Position numbers and translations under genes: made by a program
NCBI RefSeq assembly: GCF_018977255.1
Contig: NW_024704742.1
Span: 113,152,001-113,216,000 of the forward strand
DNA length: 64,000 nt
Reading direction: 5' to 3'
Source of the DNA: Callorhinchus milii
Lineage: Eukaryota
In this document: positions 13,404 to 26,150 of the stretch, piece by piece
Numbering within the stretch: position 1 is the first letter of the stretch
How the letters are laid out: the number at the start of each line of letters is the position of its first letter
The notes under the pieces: generated by a model
What the model was told of the DNA's origin: nothing
The model's input: the letters and a program-made list of their open reading frames with translations, nothing else
Database searches by the model: none

Positions 13404-14409
13404 ACTAGGTGAAATGCAGAGTATTTAAAAGTTATAAAACACTACCAATATATGTACATTCCCATGCTTCCTTCCATCATTCTCTCAAAGGAGCATGTGA
13501 GTATGTGTCTCTTATGACATTTGTGCCAATGTGTCAACTGAAAGGATATGTAATTTATTGGGTAAGGCAGACTAAACAAGAGGTGAAACTCAACGACTGA
13601 TGAAACTCATTGTGCAGATTGTTAAAACAGATTAGAATATTGGCTTCTATGCAAAGCAAACACTGATCCAGACTGCGCCATTATTTGTGTCTAGAAGTAA
13701 TAACTCACAGCCAAAGATTCTCACTAGAGATAACAATGTGCTAAATCACAGAAGCTAGACACGGGAGCTTTGAATGCTTGGGATCAGGAATTGTACAAAC
13801 GACAAGAGTCTTAGAAGCACTGAAACAGCAAGTTAGGACTAGGAACATCAATATATGGATTATAACAAAAGATTATGCATTTTAACACCACTATAATGCT
13901 AATTCTGTTTGATGCCGTGTGTCATTTATGGACTGTTTAATGGGTTCTACTTAGCTGTTCAGTGCTGATATGGAAATGGATCTCTCCACTATTGCCCATC
14001 CCATGCAGGTCTTCAAAGTATATAATTGACCAAACCACTTCAGTGTATATTTGCTATACTCATTTAAGGTCGATGCTCAGCATAATGATAACACAGCACT
14101 TTGTTCAGCGAAGGTGAGTCAAACCATTTCAATAACATGCAGTTTTCACTGAATCTTTAGTTAACACATAAATACGTTTGTTTTTCAATTCCATCTTTCA
14201 GTATGTATCGTTGGTTTTGTCATCTCCTGGCTGATGCTGACTCCCTATGTAAGTGCAAAGTGGTATGCTTACCAATTCAAATACACTTCCACTGGGAATA
14301 TGCAGTTTCATGTATTTAAAATAGCCGAAGAGCCCATAGATTTCCGTAGACAGAATGGGGAGATGTGTCACATGGCAATAATAATAAGCTACAAATGGCT
14401 TCTATTTGG

Positions 14410-14650
14410 TACCTGATCTGTGCTGAGTTAGTGTATCTCTGCAGTGTAATAGTGAGGGAAACTACAATTGGCTTAATTGATCTAGGATGGGGAGGGGTAT
14501 ATCAGCAAAGGTTCCCACCCCTGAACAATGTCAATGCAAGATCTGCTTGAAATGTATACATGGATGTTAAATGAGTTAGGTTTGGAATCAGCAGTGATGG
14601 GCCCCAGGAAATAACTCATTGATATGTTCTATTCAGCCTTGCACAAGTGG
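14410..14650 (+). mobile_element. Ancient SINE, AmnSINE2-like (related copies at ~21715-21910, 54480-55140 split, 56740-57055)
   Basis: Shared motif series tgctgagttag.tgatctc..ctacaattggc..atcagc.agggttcc..gaaagtgc. The family name is recalled, not searched. Confidence 0.55.
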
Positions 14651-14701
14651 AATCCCAGTATTCCTAAATGTTTTTCCCTTGCTTAATTATTGCCAATTAT
14701 T

Positions 14702-16240
14702 AACAACAGCAACAAGATTTCATTTATAGAGTGCCTTTCACGTCGGGAGGACTTCCCAAGGCGCTGGACAGTTGGGTCGGGACCCGAGCAGGGGGGAAAT
14801 GGTCAGGGTGAGGGGAGGGAAGGGAGGGAGCGAGGAGGGGATAGAGAGTCGAGAGGGGAGCTGAAGCCACGGTCGAAGAGAAAGGTCTTGAGACCGGCCT
14901 TGAAGGAGGAAAGGAAGGAAGCAAGGCGAAGGCACGGGGGGATGGAGTTCCAGAGCCTAGGGGCTGAGAGGCTGAAGGCCCGGCCACCGATGGTAGGTCG
15001 GCTAATGCGGGGGATGTGGAGCAGACCGGAGCCAGAAGAACGGAGGGTACGGGCAGGTAAGTTGGGGTTAGTAGATCGGAGAGGTAGGAGGGAGCAAGGC
15101 CGTGAATGGCCTTGTAGGTGAGGATGAGCATCTTGAATTCGATCCTCTGGGGGATGGGGAGCCAGTGGAGGCGAGCGAGGGTGGGAGTGATGTGGTCGCG
15201 AAGCCTGGTGCAGGACAGTACACGAGCTGCAGAGTTCTGAATGACCTGCAGCTTGTGGAGGGAGGTGCCGGGAAGGCCGGCGAGGAGAGAGTTCCCATAG
15301 TCCAGCCTTGAGGTGATGAAGGCGTGGACCAGAGTTTCAGCAGCGTGAGGGGTGAGGTAGTGCCGTAGTCTGGCGATATTCCGGAGGTGGTGGAAGGCAG
15401 TGCCAGTTGTGGCGCGGATATGAGGAAGAAAGGACAGCTCAGGGTCGAATAGAACGCCGAGATTCCTGACTGGCTTTGAGAGGTGGAGAGTGCATCCTTG
15501 GATGCTGAAGCTGTCAGCGCCTGAGGTGCGGAGGTGCTGACGTGAGCCAATCAGGAGGGCCTCAGTTTTGCGCACGTTGAGCTGAAGAAAGTTGTCTCTC
15601 GTCCAGGACTCAATGTTAGACAGGCAGACTGTCAGGACATCGGTGGTCGTGGAGTTATCCTGGAGTAGAAGGACGACTTGGCTGAAGTGGAGCGGTAGAT
15701 TTTGAGGAGATCCAGCCAGATTTGTTGGTGGACCGTTAGGCCAGATTTGAGGCAGATGCTTTCAGCGGCCCGCACCTGGCTCTTCAGTGAGCGGAGGTGG
15801 GTGGTGAACCAGGGGGAGGAGCGAGAATAAGAGAGGGAGGTGATGGGGGCACGAGTGTCGAGTATGGAGGATAGGGTGTTGTGGAGGAGGGTGAGAGTAG
15901 AAGAGTGGTCAGTGAGGGATGAAGGCCAGAGAGAGAGGAGTTCAGAGGACTCCAAGGCAGCGGTTAGGGATTGTAAGGGTAACTTCTTCCAGGGGCAGTA
16001 GAAGATGGTGGTGGGTCTGGTGGAGGTGGGGAGGGGGGTGAAGGTGGTGAAGGAGATGAAGTGGTGATCGGAGATGGCCTTGTCGGTAATGGTGACATCC
16101 GAGACACTGAGGCCCCGGGTGATCACCAAATCGAGTGGTTGGCTGTGACTGTGAGTGGCGGAGTTGATGTGGAGGGAGAGGTTGAGCGAGGAGAACATGG
16201 AGGAAAGTCCGAGGAGATGGAGCAGGAGGGGCGAAGTGAC
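14702..16240 (-). mobile_element. Young L2 LINE copy with the RT domain internally deleted
   Basis: EN/tether-like part (THSHSQPLDLVIT..ISDHHFI..SPWFT) is joined at ~15656 directly to the post-YADD sequence. C-terminal ORF and (TTG)n tail are present. Confidence 0.9.
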
Positions 16241-16400
16241 AATTAAGAATTTGTACAGAAATTAGAGCTTAAACATACAACTTTATAGCTGTTTTTAATG
16301 GTAGGTTTAAGAGTGAACAGCTGAACAACCCTTTCATTTTAGTAAACTAATTCCTTTCTCAGGCTGCTCACAAATTGGGGAGGGCACACATTTCACATAT

Positions 16401-16540
16401 GGAGTCCTGTAGCTTAATGGCTGGAGCACTCCCCCCCAAGTGAGAGGACCTGGGTTTGATTCCCAGGGAGGCCGAAACATTGGGCAAGTTTCCTTACTCC
16501 ACACACCTCTGTTTACCTAGCAGTAAGTAGGAATCCGGTT
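16401..16540 (+). mobile_element. SINE family A 5' fragment
   Basis: ggagtcctgtagct..ttgggcaagtttccttactccacacacctctgtttacctagcag. Confidence 0.8.
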
Positions 16541-16774
16541 ACTGGCCAAAAATAAATCTTAAAAGTAACATTTTAATGTTAAAAGGCTGGGATTCAAATG
16601 GTTGGGAATCAAAATATAAATTGTGCATTAAAAGTTTAACAAAAGATGGCAGATTGTGAGAAGCCCACGAAAAAAATCATTCTCCCAAGGTTGAGGGAGT
16701 TTTCAACTCAAACTTGTCATTAAGGACAGTCTCATGTTGATAAAATGTTCCATTATGATAATTAAGGAACGGAA

Positions 16775-16837
16775 TAGGGGATAGTAGGTCAGAGAGGTAG
16801 GAGGGAGCAAGGCCGTGAATGGCCTTGTAGGTGAGGA
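16775..16837 (-). mobile_element. Isolated ~63-bp internal L2 fragment
   Basis: Near-identical to L2 ORF2 (LTYKAIHGLAPSYLSDLLSP). No tail or flanking L2 sequence. Confidence 0.85.
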
Positions 16838-18773
16838 AATTCCAAGATGGCACTCGCGACATCCAACTGCCTCAGAAAAAAGCATGTTGAGGTAACACTG
16901 ATTGGCAGGTCAGTTATCACCAATGGAAAGCGAAGGATGATGTCCTTAAGCAACATTTCATTCATTGTTAATTATTACAAGGAACACAATATGAATCATA
17001 GAAAGGTACAAGGCAGCAGAAAGCCATCATTTCCACTATTTGGTCCATGTGTTTATTCCTCCAGGAAAGGCTACAAACATTTATCTAATGCCAATTGAAA
17101 TGAGTTTTTGAAATAAATTTACACTTGTGAAGAAATAAACATAAAGTCTAGCAGATTTAAAACAAAACAAAAGACAGACTGAAAATATATCTGTTAGAAA
17201 CACACAAAAGTGTTGATTTTGAACTTTGGGGATTCCAATAACTTGTTTGCTGGGTAGTTAGAAGAAATTACATGAGACAAAGCAATTTTCTATCTCCCAG
17301 GGGGCAGCTCTAATCTGTAGCCATGAACAGAAAATTATATGTCAAAATTGTCACATGAATGCATGAACTTGCATATTTTGTCACTTTAACCATATCCATA
17401 TGAGTGTTGTCATTTCATAGCTTACAGCACTAAAGTATTTTCTATCACAAACTGACTTGAAAATTAACCTCATGAATATTTAAGAATAAGTAAGATAACG
17501 AAAGCCTATTTGATGCTTTTTGAGCTTAATCATATTCACTAAACACATGCTAAAACCGCTGACGTAGCCAGCGAATGCATCCGGTGTAAATCAGATGAGC
17601 TTATTTTAATTGCTTGAATTTAATTAGTTCACATATAAAATATGACTGCCTTAAACATTTAAATAATCTTTTTACGCAGAAAGAGGGCATGATGTTCTGG
17701 AAGTTAGTCACTCTCCAATTTCTACTATTAAAGTCAAGTCCTGCAACGACAACACTTTATTTTTGCCAAAAATACAACCCACACATTCTTTCACACAAGT
17801 TCTTTAAAATACAATACTCAGGGTTCTATACTGTATTATTATTGTCAGTAACTTCAACTCCAGCTTTGATTCTAATATGATTACTGACAGCGCACAGTCA
17901 AATCAATTACATGCTAGCTAGTGCTGTGCAATAATATGCAGTATAAACTGTAGATCTAATTTGAAATAAACGTACCTGTCCATAACATCAACCATGTTTG
18001 GTCATTACTGTCACGATAATAGCACTCATTGCCAGTAAGTCTGACCAGTTCCCTCAGATACAGCGGAGAGAGAGTTGATGCAATCCTGTGTGTATCCTCA
18101 GATGTATACACAGAGTTCAACTTACAGGCTTCCATCAATGCCATTGTGGTATCTTCTAATCAAATGGAATTGATAAGATAGTAGAAATCAATACAAATCT
18201 GAATATTAGAGCTGGCACATGGGAACAATGCTGAATGTGCACAGATAAGAACCGATTAACCCATGTTTGCCCACAGCAAAATGATGAAAAAATTATGAGA
18301 ATCAGCTGTGGGCAGACAAACCTGCTATCTGCACAAAGTTTAATGCATAAGAATAAACCAGGCCAATTGAATTGGGCATCTTTGCACTGTGCTTATGTAA
18401 ATGGAACAGGAGTACAGTACGTACTGCAAATGTGCCTTGCTGTCTGACTAAAACTGACACCCAGAGGGGAAATCATTTAGTAAGTATTAAAAATGTGAGT
18501 TAATGGCTTTTAATCGGAACAATGTTATTTATGATCATGGACACGAGTAAAAGTGTAAGACACTCTGCGTGCGCTGCAACTAATGGCGAGGCGGCATTGA
18601 TGAAGAGAATCATGTGGATTTTAACAATTTTAAGTAGGATTTTATGAACATAGTAAATCACGCATCTTTTGGGAGATCCAGATTTGGAGCCAACAGTAGC
18701 AAAAGGAGGAGGCTGTTGCAAGAAACAGGGTCATTTTGACAGCCCAGCAGGCTATTGTGGCAAATATGTTGGA

Positions 18774-18860
18774 GTTCAGGACCTGTATTTGGCATGTTCA
18801 GGACCTGTGTTTCGCATGTTCAGGACCTGTGTTTGGCATGTTCAGGGGCTGTGTTTGGCC
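18774..18860. repeat. Tandem repeat, 22-bp unit x4 (GTTCAGGACCTGTGTTTGGCAT)
   Basis: Direct reading; units are adjacent with no spacers. Confidence 0.9.
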
Positions 18861-18916
18861 ATTCAATTTATAGAAAACTATCACAAGCTTATTGACCAAT
18901 GTAAAAAGATATTGTA

Positions 18917-19200
18917 GGAGTCCTGTAGCACAATACTTAGAGCGCTCACCTCGCAGGCAAAAGACTTGGGTTTGATTCCTGGCCGGGCAAAACATTGGGC
19001 ATGTTTCCATACTCCACACAACTCTGCTTACCTAGCAGTAAGGAGGAACCCAGTTGTTAGTCGATTGTCAGATTGCTTTTCTGGGGTAATAGCTCCTTCA
19101 AAATTAATTTAAAAAATAACAATAAATTGATCACTCAATCCACGACTGCTTGTGGGACATTGCTGTGCTGCCATGTTTTCGCCCACAAAACTTACAGTCA
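18917..19200 (+). mobile_element. SINE family A (long form), 3' truncated
   Basis: Family A head and body. Confidence 0.85.
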
Positions 19201-19990
19201 AAGGTGTCCTCGATGATACCCTGTCTGCACATACACCTGTTTGTACACAATTGTAGTTCGTGTTTGAAGATTATGAAGGATGTCAGGAGTCACAGAGTTA
19301 GCGAGGACTCAATATTTCCTATGAGGCACCCATCTACTTTCAGTTACACTCAAAAGAGAAGGTTGAGGATAATAGATTGTAGACAGTCTGAGTACATCAA
19401 GCAATCTGCAGTTACATGATGAATTTGGCTCCCGCAATTGGCATATTTATTGAAGAAAAGCTTTTTTTTTCAAGTACAGAGTGCTATTTGGAGAAACTTA
19501 CAGCTACATAGATGCAATCAGTTATTCCCTGCACCCCACTATAATATATTGTTGCTGGCTTCTCTGAGTTTATTGTTGCTCGCCATGATAAAAAATATCA
19601 TTTGCAGCCCTCCGTACCGGGTATTTCTTACCTTCTATAGAATGTAACAAATTGGCTCACACCCCAAAATGTCCCCAGAGGCTAGCTGGAAAGATCCCTT
19701 AGCATAAAACATAAGGATGGTAGTTCGTTTCACAGCTACAGGTAATTCAGTCCTCACTGCAGAATCCCTCTGGAAATCACCCTGCATGAACCAGAATAGA
19801 TTCCTATGGATTCATGAATTAGTTTTGGCTGCTTCAGACTTTACATGTCAGACTTTGGCTGCTTTCAGATAGTTCCTCATAACTAAGTCATACCCTGGGA
19901 ATTCTTTGTTAGGAGTAATTCCTGGATCCAATTTCTACTACTCCTGATATTTCTTGTGTTCTTTCTCTTATTTTGCAGTACAATAAAGCC
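19199..19990 (-). pseudogene. Decayed PIF/Harbinger (HARBI1-like DDE) transposase
   Basis: Manual minus-strand translation across frameshifts gives RTELPVAVKRTTILMFYAKGSFQLASGDI, GVQGITDCIYVAV, KSFSSINMP, DGCLIGN..LLTSF and GIIEDTF. These are collinear with Harbinger motifs ALPVAVK..FYASGSFQ..GD, VQGAIDCTHV, KGFHSINVQ, GWLLGD..LMTP and IE.TFG. Confidence 0.8.
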
Positions 19991-20214
19991 AGCAAGAGCT
20001 AGTGATCCCATTGTACTTTTAACACACATTTCCTCCTCAGCATAGACAAGTTCTCCCCCAAAACTTCTGAGGAATCCTTCAAGTGTCAAACCTAAATAGC
20101 ATCATCAATAAGACTAAGATGACCATGTCATTAAAAAATGGTGCTAGACGTGTATAATTTGAAGTGGAATGTTCCTACATACTAGAGCTTATTACTTACA
20201 ACTTGCGCGCTAAA

Positions 20215-20450
20215 TTTATAGTGGAAAGGGCCATTCAGCACAACTAGTCCATGCTCCCATATTCCATACAGGCCTCTATCCCTCCTAATCGTTCTTCTAT
20301 ATACCTCTATTTTCTTCCCCTTCATGGATACATAACAATTTCTCTTAAATATATTGATCATTTTTGGTTCAACTACAATTCCAGCAGTGTATTCCACATT
20401 CTCATGACCCTCAGTATAAAGAAATCCCTCTTATACTCCCTTTTAGATTC
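20215..20450 (-). mobile_element. CR1 LINE 3' fragment
   Basis: ggccattcagc..; aattccagcagtgtattccacattctcatgaccctc..aagaaat, typical of the CR1 3' region in antisense. Confidence 0.6.
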
Positions 20451-23400
20451 TAGTACTGGCTGTCATATATTTAGAGACCATCATTTTGTTCTTCATTTGT
20501 ACTCTGGACTTTTTTTCACTTTAGGTTTTAATTATACATTTCCTACAATTGACATTGTTTTATTTTACCCTTTCTAGTTGAAAGTATAGTTATTCCACAT
20601 ATTCATTTTGCTTTTGTCCTCCCCCAAACAATTTACTTAGGAGCACCGTGATCCTTAAGTCATTCCGAAGCCATCTTCTGAGACCTTTGTGTTCACTTCC
20701 ATTAGAAAGCCCTGCTGATGATTCGGTCACTATAATACATCGAATAGTGATAATGCTGAAAGTTCACAGTGCAGCTATGTTTAACGTAGATTTCTACAAA
20801 GTTGTGTGTACTATCTGAGGTATCCACTGATTATGAGTGCACTGTATAAAATTTATTTATTTCTCTACAAAGCCTGTATTTTATACTTACAATATTATGG
20901 CAGCTTTTGACATCTTATATATTTTCTTATTTCCTACATTTTGTACCAAGAAACAAGAAATGAGCTTGTTTGGATGAACAATTAAAGATTAGCATTTTCA
21001 GATGTGAGAACAGTGACCTTCAAGCAGCTTGCAATGTGCTCTATGTGAATAGACTACAAAAAGCATGCCCATTATGAATACGCTTAAATTAAAATTACTT
21101 TCATTATCACTTTTAGCAGAACCCGGTGGAGGGATATTTGGCTTAAAGGAAAGATAAGCTTAAATGGGTGATACATTCAAGTAAAGTAGGACTGTCAGCT
21201 AATTGCAGTAGCTCTGAACACTGCTGATTACACTGTATCCGGCAGGAATGTCTCATGGAAAGGCTTGAGAAAAAATCAGGGGAATGATGGGGGGCAAAGA
21301 GGATTACATCGCTGGGAATCTCAGGATTTTAACAAGAATAAATAAGAGTGTCAATATTTGTATTGGATAATGAAGATTAGCAGTGTTGTGTGTTCTTTGT
21401 TTGGCCAATTCAGTTACTTTGTGACTTATTTTATCCAAGCGACCATGCCCAATACTGGATGTTCAAGTCAAGTGTACACAGAAAAATGCAACATTTTGCC
21501 TGCAAAACCACAATATGTGTCAAATGCTTTGACATGTCCTTTTACGTGAAAAAAAACAAACTCTATGTTCTTTATCAATAATTAATAAATGGATCAAGAC
21601 GTTACATGTGCATCATACTATGTAATATCAAAGTCTGGACTTCTCCAATCACTTAAATTCATTACCTTGTATAACATTTAGGCAAACTAGAACGTTGCCA
21701 AGGGCAATCGCAGGCCTGCTTTCAGTTAGCTGATTTCAACCAGGGCAACAGTTCAGGCATTGCAATTGATCTCAGGTTAGCAAGGTTGAAACATCAGCCA
21801 GAAGTAATGCTCTTGATCACTATTCAGTGATCCTTACTGGAAAGTGCACATCTGTAGCCATCAAATGTAATGTATTTAATACTAAAATAGTCATGTCACC
21901 ATTCACTGACATGGGAGAGGGGAGACGGACATAGAGGGGTTTTACTGTCCCGAACAAATTGCATTAAGGTAGGAATCGCATTTTCAGAAGCATTGGAATA
22001 AGACAGTAAATTTCAATCGTGAATCTAAATAGGTTCACCTGAAAGGTTGAATTTAAACAGGTTTCCTTTATTCCCAATAAAATGCTTAACACACTTGTTA
22101 ATAACTAAGCAGCTGGACTGGAATGACCACGGAAATGTTCACCTAACACATGTATGAGCTCCCACATTTAAGCCGAAACTAGTCAGAGGCACAGAGACTG
22201 ATTTTAATCCAATCACTGCCAAATGCTTGAGGTGAAGTATGACCTACATTAATAAAATTGGAAAGCCCAGAAAGTTTCCCTGCATGTGTACATTCATCAA
22301 GTGAAAGATGATGGTACTAAGCAATGGAATTTTTTTTCGCATCCATGTTCCATTCAGCCTACTGTCGAGCTGAAATTGATCATTCACTTACTGGCTGTTT
22401 GTGGGACATTGCTGTGTACAAATTGTCACGCTTCCCTACAATATAACCTTTACAGTAAATCCTGTGAAGCACTATGAGACGTCCTCCTGAAATCAAAGGT
22501 GTTATTATCAAGTGCAAAGATTACTATTATTAAGCACATCATTCATAATATAACAGGGGTGAGAACAGAATGGTGTACTTGTCACCAAATGAATTATGCT
22601 AATGGAAACAATGTCACAAAATCCAAAAAGGAAATGAAAACAGGCAATTTACAATCCCCCAGTTGTTACGTGAGTAACCTTCGCTCTGATTAAGTCTGAA
22701 CCAATGCCTTATGCTAATCTTATTTTAATGGGAAGAGAATATCTTCTAGTAACATTATCTTAAGATATCAAGACAAAAGGGGTTGGTTCACCCTTTTGTG
22801 ATCACAGAGCAAATATTCGAGGTTTCATCTACTTTCATCAACTCAACATTTGAGAGAATCCAGATGTAAATTATAATGTAAATTGTATTGCAATTCTTAC
22901 CTTGCTCCCCTTTATTATTGTAGAATTGAAGAAATTTACAGCACAGAAGGAGGCAATTCAGTGCATCAAGCCTGCATTGGCTTTTAGAGCAAGATGCTCA
23001 TTCAATCCCACATTTTTTAATCACTTTGCCCCTGACCTTTGCAACTTCCTTCCCAAATTCCTCTTGGTCGTTCCCTCTCCCTCAGCTTTGAAAAGCCATC
23101 TAAAAAACATCTAAAAATCTCTTTGACCACACATTTGGCTAGCTACCACCTACCCCTGATTTCCCTCTCACCTTAGACTCCTGTTGAGTTCTTGTAAAGC
23201 TCTTTGAGGCATTCTCCATTTCTGGGCCAAACTGTGAGGTGGGTGATAGGCTTCCATAGGAATCATCCAACCTTCCTGGATTATGAGTCTCTAATTTTCT
23301 CCCCATCTCTGTGGAGAAGCCACTGGTCTCTGCCTTGTGACTGCTCATGACAGCAAACTGAGATTTTACGCTAAGCTTGTGGGAAATTGCAGGTTTCAAT

Positions 23401-25026
23401 CCATATCCACTACTTTAGCGATGTACTAGAGAGCTGTTACTGATGCACCAATACTCTCTAGTAATGTACTGATAAGTATCACCATTAAAGACTTTTATTA
23501 TAGATATTCTGTCACCAAAGCTTGAAGATTTTTATCGCACCAGGATACCTGCAAAATATCAAAGTAAAAGAATATTTGTAATGGACGAAGTCTGCTCTTA
23601 ACAACTTTAAAATGTCTTTACCATTAACCCTCACCAACTATTTCTTATTGCAATACCACAAAAAGAATGAACAGTGTAGGTCAAATGTACCCTAGAGCAT
23701 TCTTCCTATATTACACAAATGAGCTGTTAACTGTGTAGCCTTATCTGATGAACAATAACAATACCACTGTACAAATCATAAGGGTAAAATTATCTCTGGA
23801 TCCTGGCCAATATTGCCCAAAGATAATCTTCCTCCATAACCTTGCATCTTCAGGGCCTGGTGGAAAAGATACATGTTATCTCAGGATGATAGCCTCACAA
23901 ATTTCATTCAAACAAACAGTAAATAATGGGTCTAATCTGTTGTATGTTCTAATGGGAATCTAAACAGCTTTCACTGAATGTAAGTACATCATGTTGACCT
24001 GCAGCTATACATCTTTATGTATCTTTATGCTTTTGAATAATCTTTAGGAGCAGAGATCCCACAAGCCCACAAATAAGATGGGGATTTAATGGATTTCTTA
24101 TTAAAGAATCAATTAAAAATACTATAAATTATATCCTAAATCTAATTCATACCCTCAGAATATTACTAGAATTGTATCATTGTCTATTCGATTTGTAAAA
24201 GTAGTTACCCTTTGGTCATTCAGGCAAGGTTGCCTATTAGCACTGGTTGTTGACTACAGTGGCTGCTTAAAATTGTTTAAAGTCAAATATCCCATCCTTC
24301 TTTAAGATAGGGAGTTGATTGTTCAGTTCATTAATAAAATGTGCTTTGAAATTTCTTTGACATTTTGAGCTTTCTTCCTCAATAAGCCTGTGATACAATT
24401 TAGAAAATGAGTTTATACAGCTGCAAAACATCTTTGTAGAACTTCAGCAGCAATTTGCAGGCTATGCTAACAAGTCCGGCTGAGCTGAAGTTAGACAGGC
24501 TCACTGTCTTACATTACTCTGGGTATTGAATGAGTCATGGGACGCTCATAGTGCTTTTTTGCTTTATCCAGCAGTCTACCCATTATCAGGCAGTAAGAGA
24601 TATGGGCATTGTCACAAAGATGTTTACCTGCAAATAATTACCTCCAGATCTTACTGTCCTTGCTGTGTCAGGTATATGGCTGCCAAAATACAGCCTTGGT
24701 CTATTAGGGGTGAGGTTGAAGTGTCCAAAGGCATTTAGCTAAGATCTCTAACAAACATTAGATGTTTTCATGCCATCTGTTTTGGCTGCATTCAAGCTGA
24801 AGTCCCAAAGGACACCAAATGTTTCAGCTCACTGTTCTACTCAATTCCTCCAAGTCCTGTTTCTAACTATTAGACAACTGTGACAACCTTTCTCAATCAG
24901 TGCGTATTGCATGAAAGAGCTTAAAGATGTGGCTTTAGGAATGACTGATTTCACACTTATTTCAGATCCATTAGAAAATGAATTGCTTGTTTAGCATTTG
25001 ACTTTTCACATTCTGATACTGGGAAA

Positions 25027-25190
25027 ATATAATAATAATTCTTGCATTTGATATAGCGCCTTATCACATCTTACAACAGTCTCAATGCACTTCACAGAAT
25101 GTACGGTAAAGCAAATTGACTGTATTTTCAGCACTTTGGGACGTCCTCCTGACGTGAAAGGTGCTCTATAAATGTAATTTTGTTGTTGTA
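25027..25190. mobile_element. Fused SINE tail (-) and L2 tail (+)
   Basis: An antisense SINE tail joins directly to gcactttgggacgtcctcctgacgtgaaagg..ttgttgttg. Confidence 0.75.
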
Positions 25191-25759
25191 TATTTTGTAT
25201 GCGAAACAAAATATATTATTTATATTTATTAAAATCTAAACAAAATATATTGATTAATTAAATTGGATTGATTATATATCAATTAATTAAATATCAAAAT
25301 ATATCAATTCATTCAATTGTATTGAATTAATTAATAATATAGTTTTTTTTATTCATTATTACTTGGAAATGTTGAAAATATGTTCACTCATCAGAGCAAT
25401 CCTAGATCTCAGGATCAGATGACATGAATCTACCCATTAACTGTCCACACCTCCTTCTCTAGAGGTCAAATTTGCTGCAAAATATACAGTCAATTAACTT
25501 GACAGTATATTCTGTGAAGCGCTTTGAGTTGTCTCGAAGACATGATATGGAGTTATATCAAATGCAAGGATTATTATTATTTTTACAAATTCACATTGCG
25601 GTTGGTGACGATATGGTTTCTATAATATGGTTTAGTCAATCTTCCCTCTTTCACCTTTTTGTCAGTACAAAATTATTTTTTAAAACTGCATCCAGCCACT
25701 GAAAAGTACAGTATAGAATTTTTAAAAAGTTGCTCATCATTTGTTTTAACAACAGAAAG

Positions 25760-26150
25760 CCAAGCAAAGGGAGCGGGCAGATTGGTTGAGTTTAAAAAGA
25801 TCACAAGGTTAAGTGGGGAAAGACCGTAGAGGGATTTAAAAATGAGGACGAGGATCTCGAACTCGATCCTCAGGGAGATGGGGAGCAAGTGGAGCCGGTG
25901 AGGATGGGAATGAAGCTGCAGCGTTCAGGATGGTCTGCAACTTGTGGAGGGAAGAGTTAGGAAGTCCAGATGTGAAGCATAGCCTGGATGTGATGAAAGC
26001 ACAGATAAGGGTCTTGACGGCCCGAGGGGAGAGGTAATGGTGAGGCGGGTAATGTTGCAGAGGTGGGAAAAAGCTGAGAGGAGAAGGTGCTGACAGGAAC
26101 CAAGCAGGAAAACTTCTGTTTTGTTGACCTTCAACTGGAGAAAGCTGGGA
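25760..26150 (-). mobile_element. Old L2 ORF2 C-terminal fragment
   Basis: LPISLRIEFEILVLIFKSLYGLSP and VNKTEVFLLGS motifs. Confidence 0.8.

Noticed and set aside
17976..18156. Possible minus-strand exon (AG..GT bounded, open frame)
   Set aside because: Weak polypyrimidine tract, no recognisable protein and no partner exons.
18774..18860. CRISPR-like array
   Set aside because: Units are contiguous with no unique spacers; eukaryotic minisatellite.
25200..25345. AT-rich palindromic stretch
   Set aside because: Low-complexity sequence; palindromes are expected by chance.
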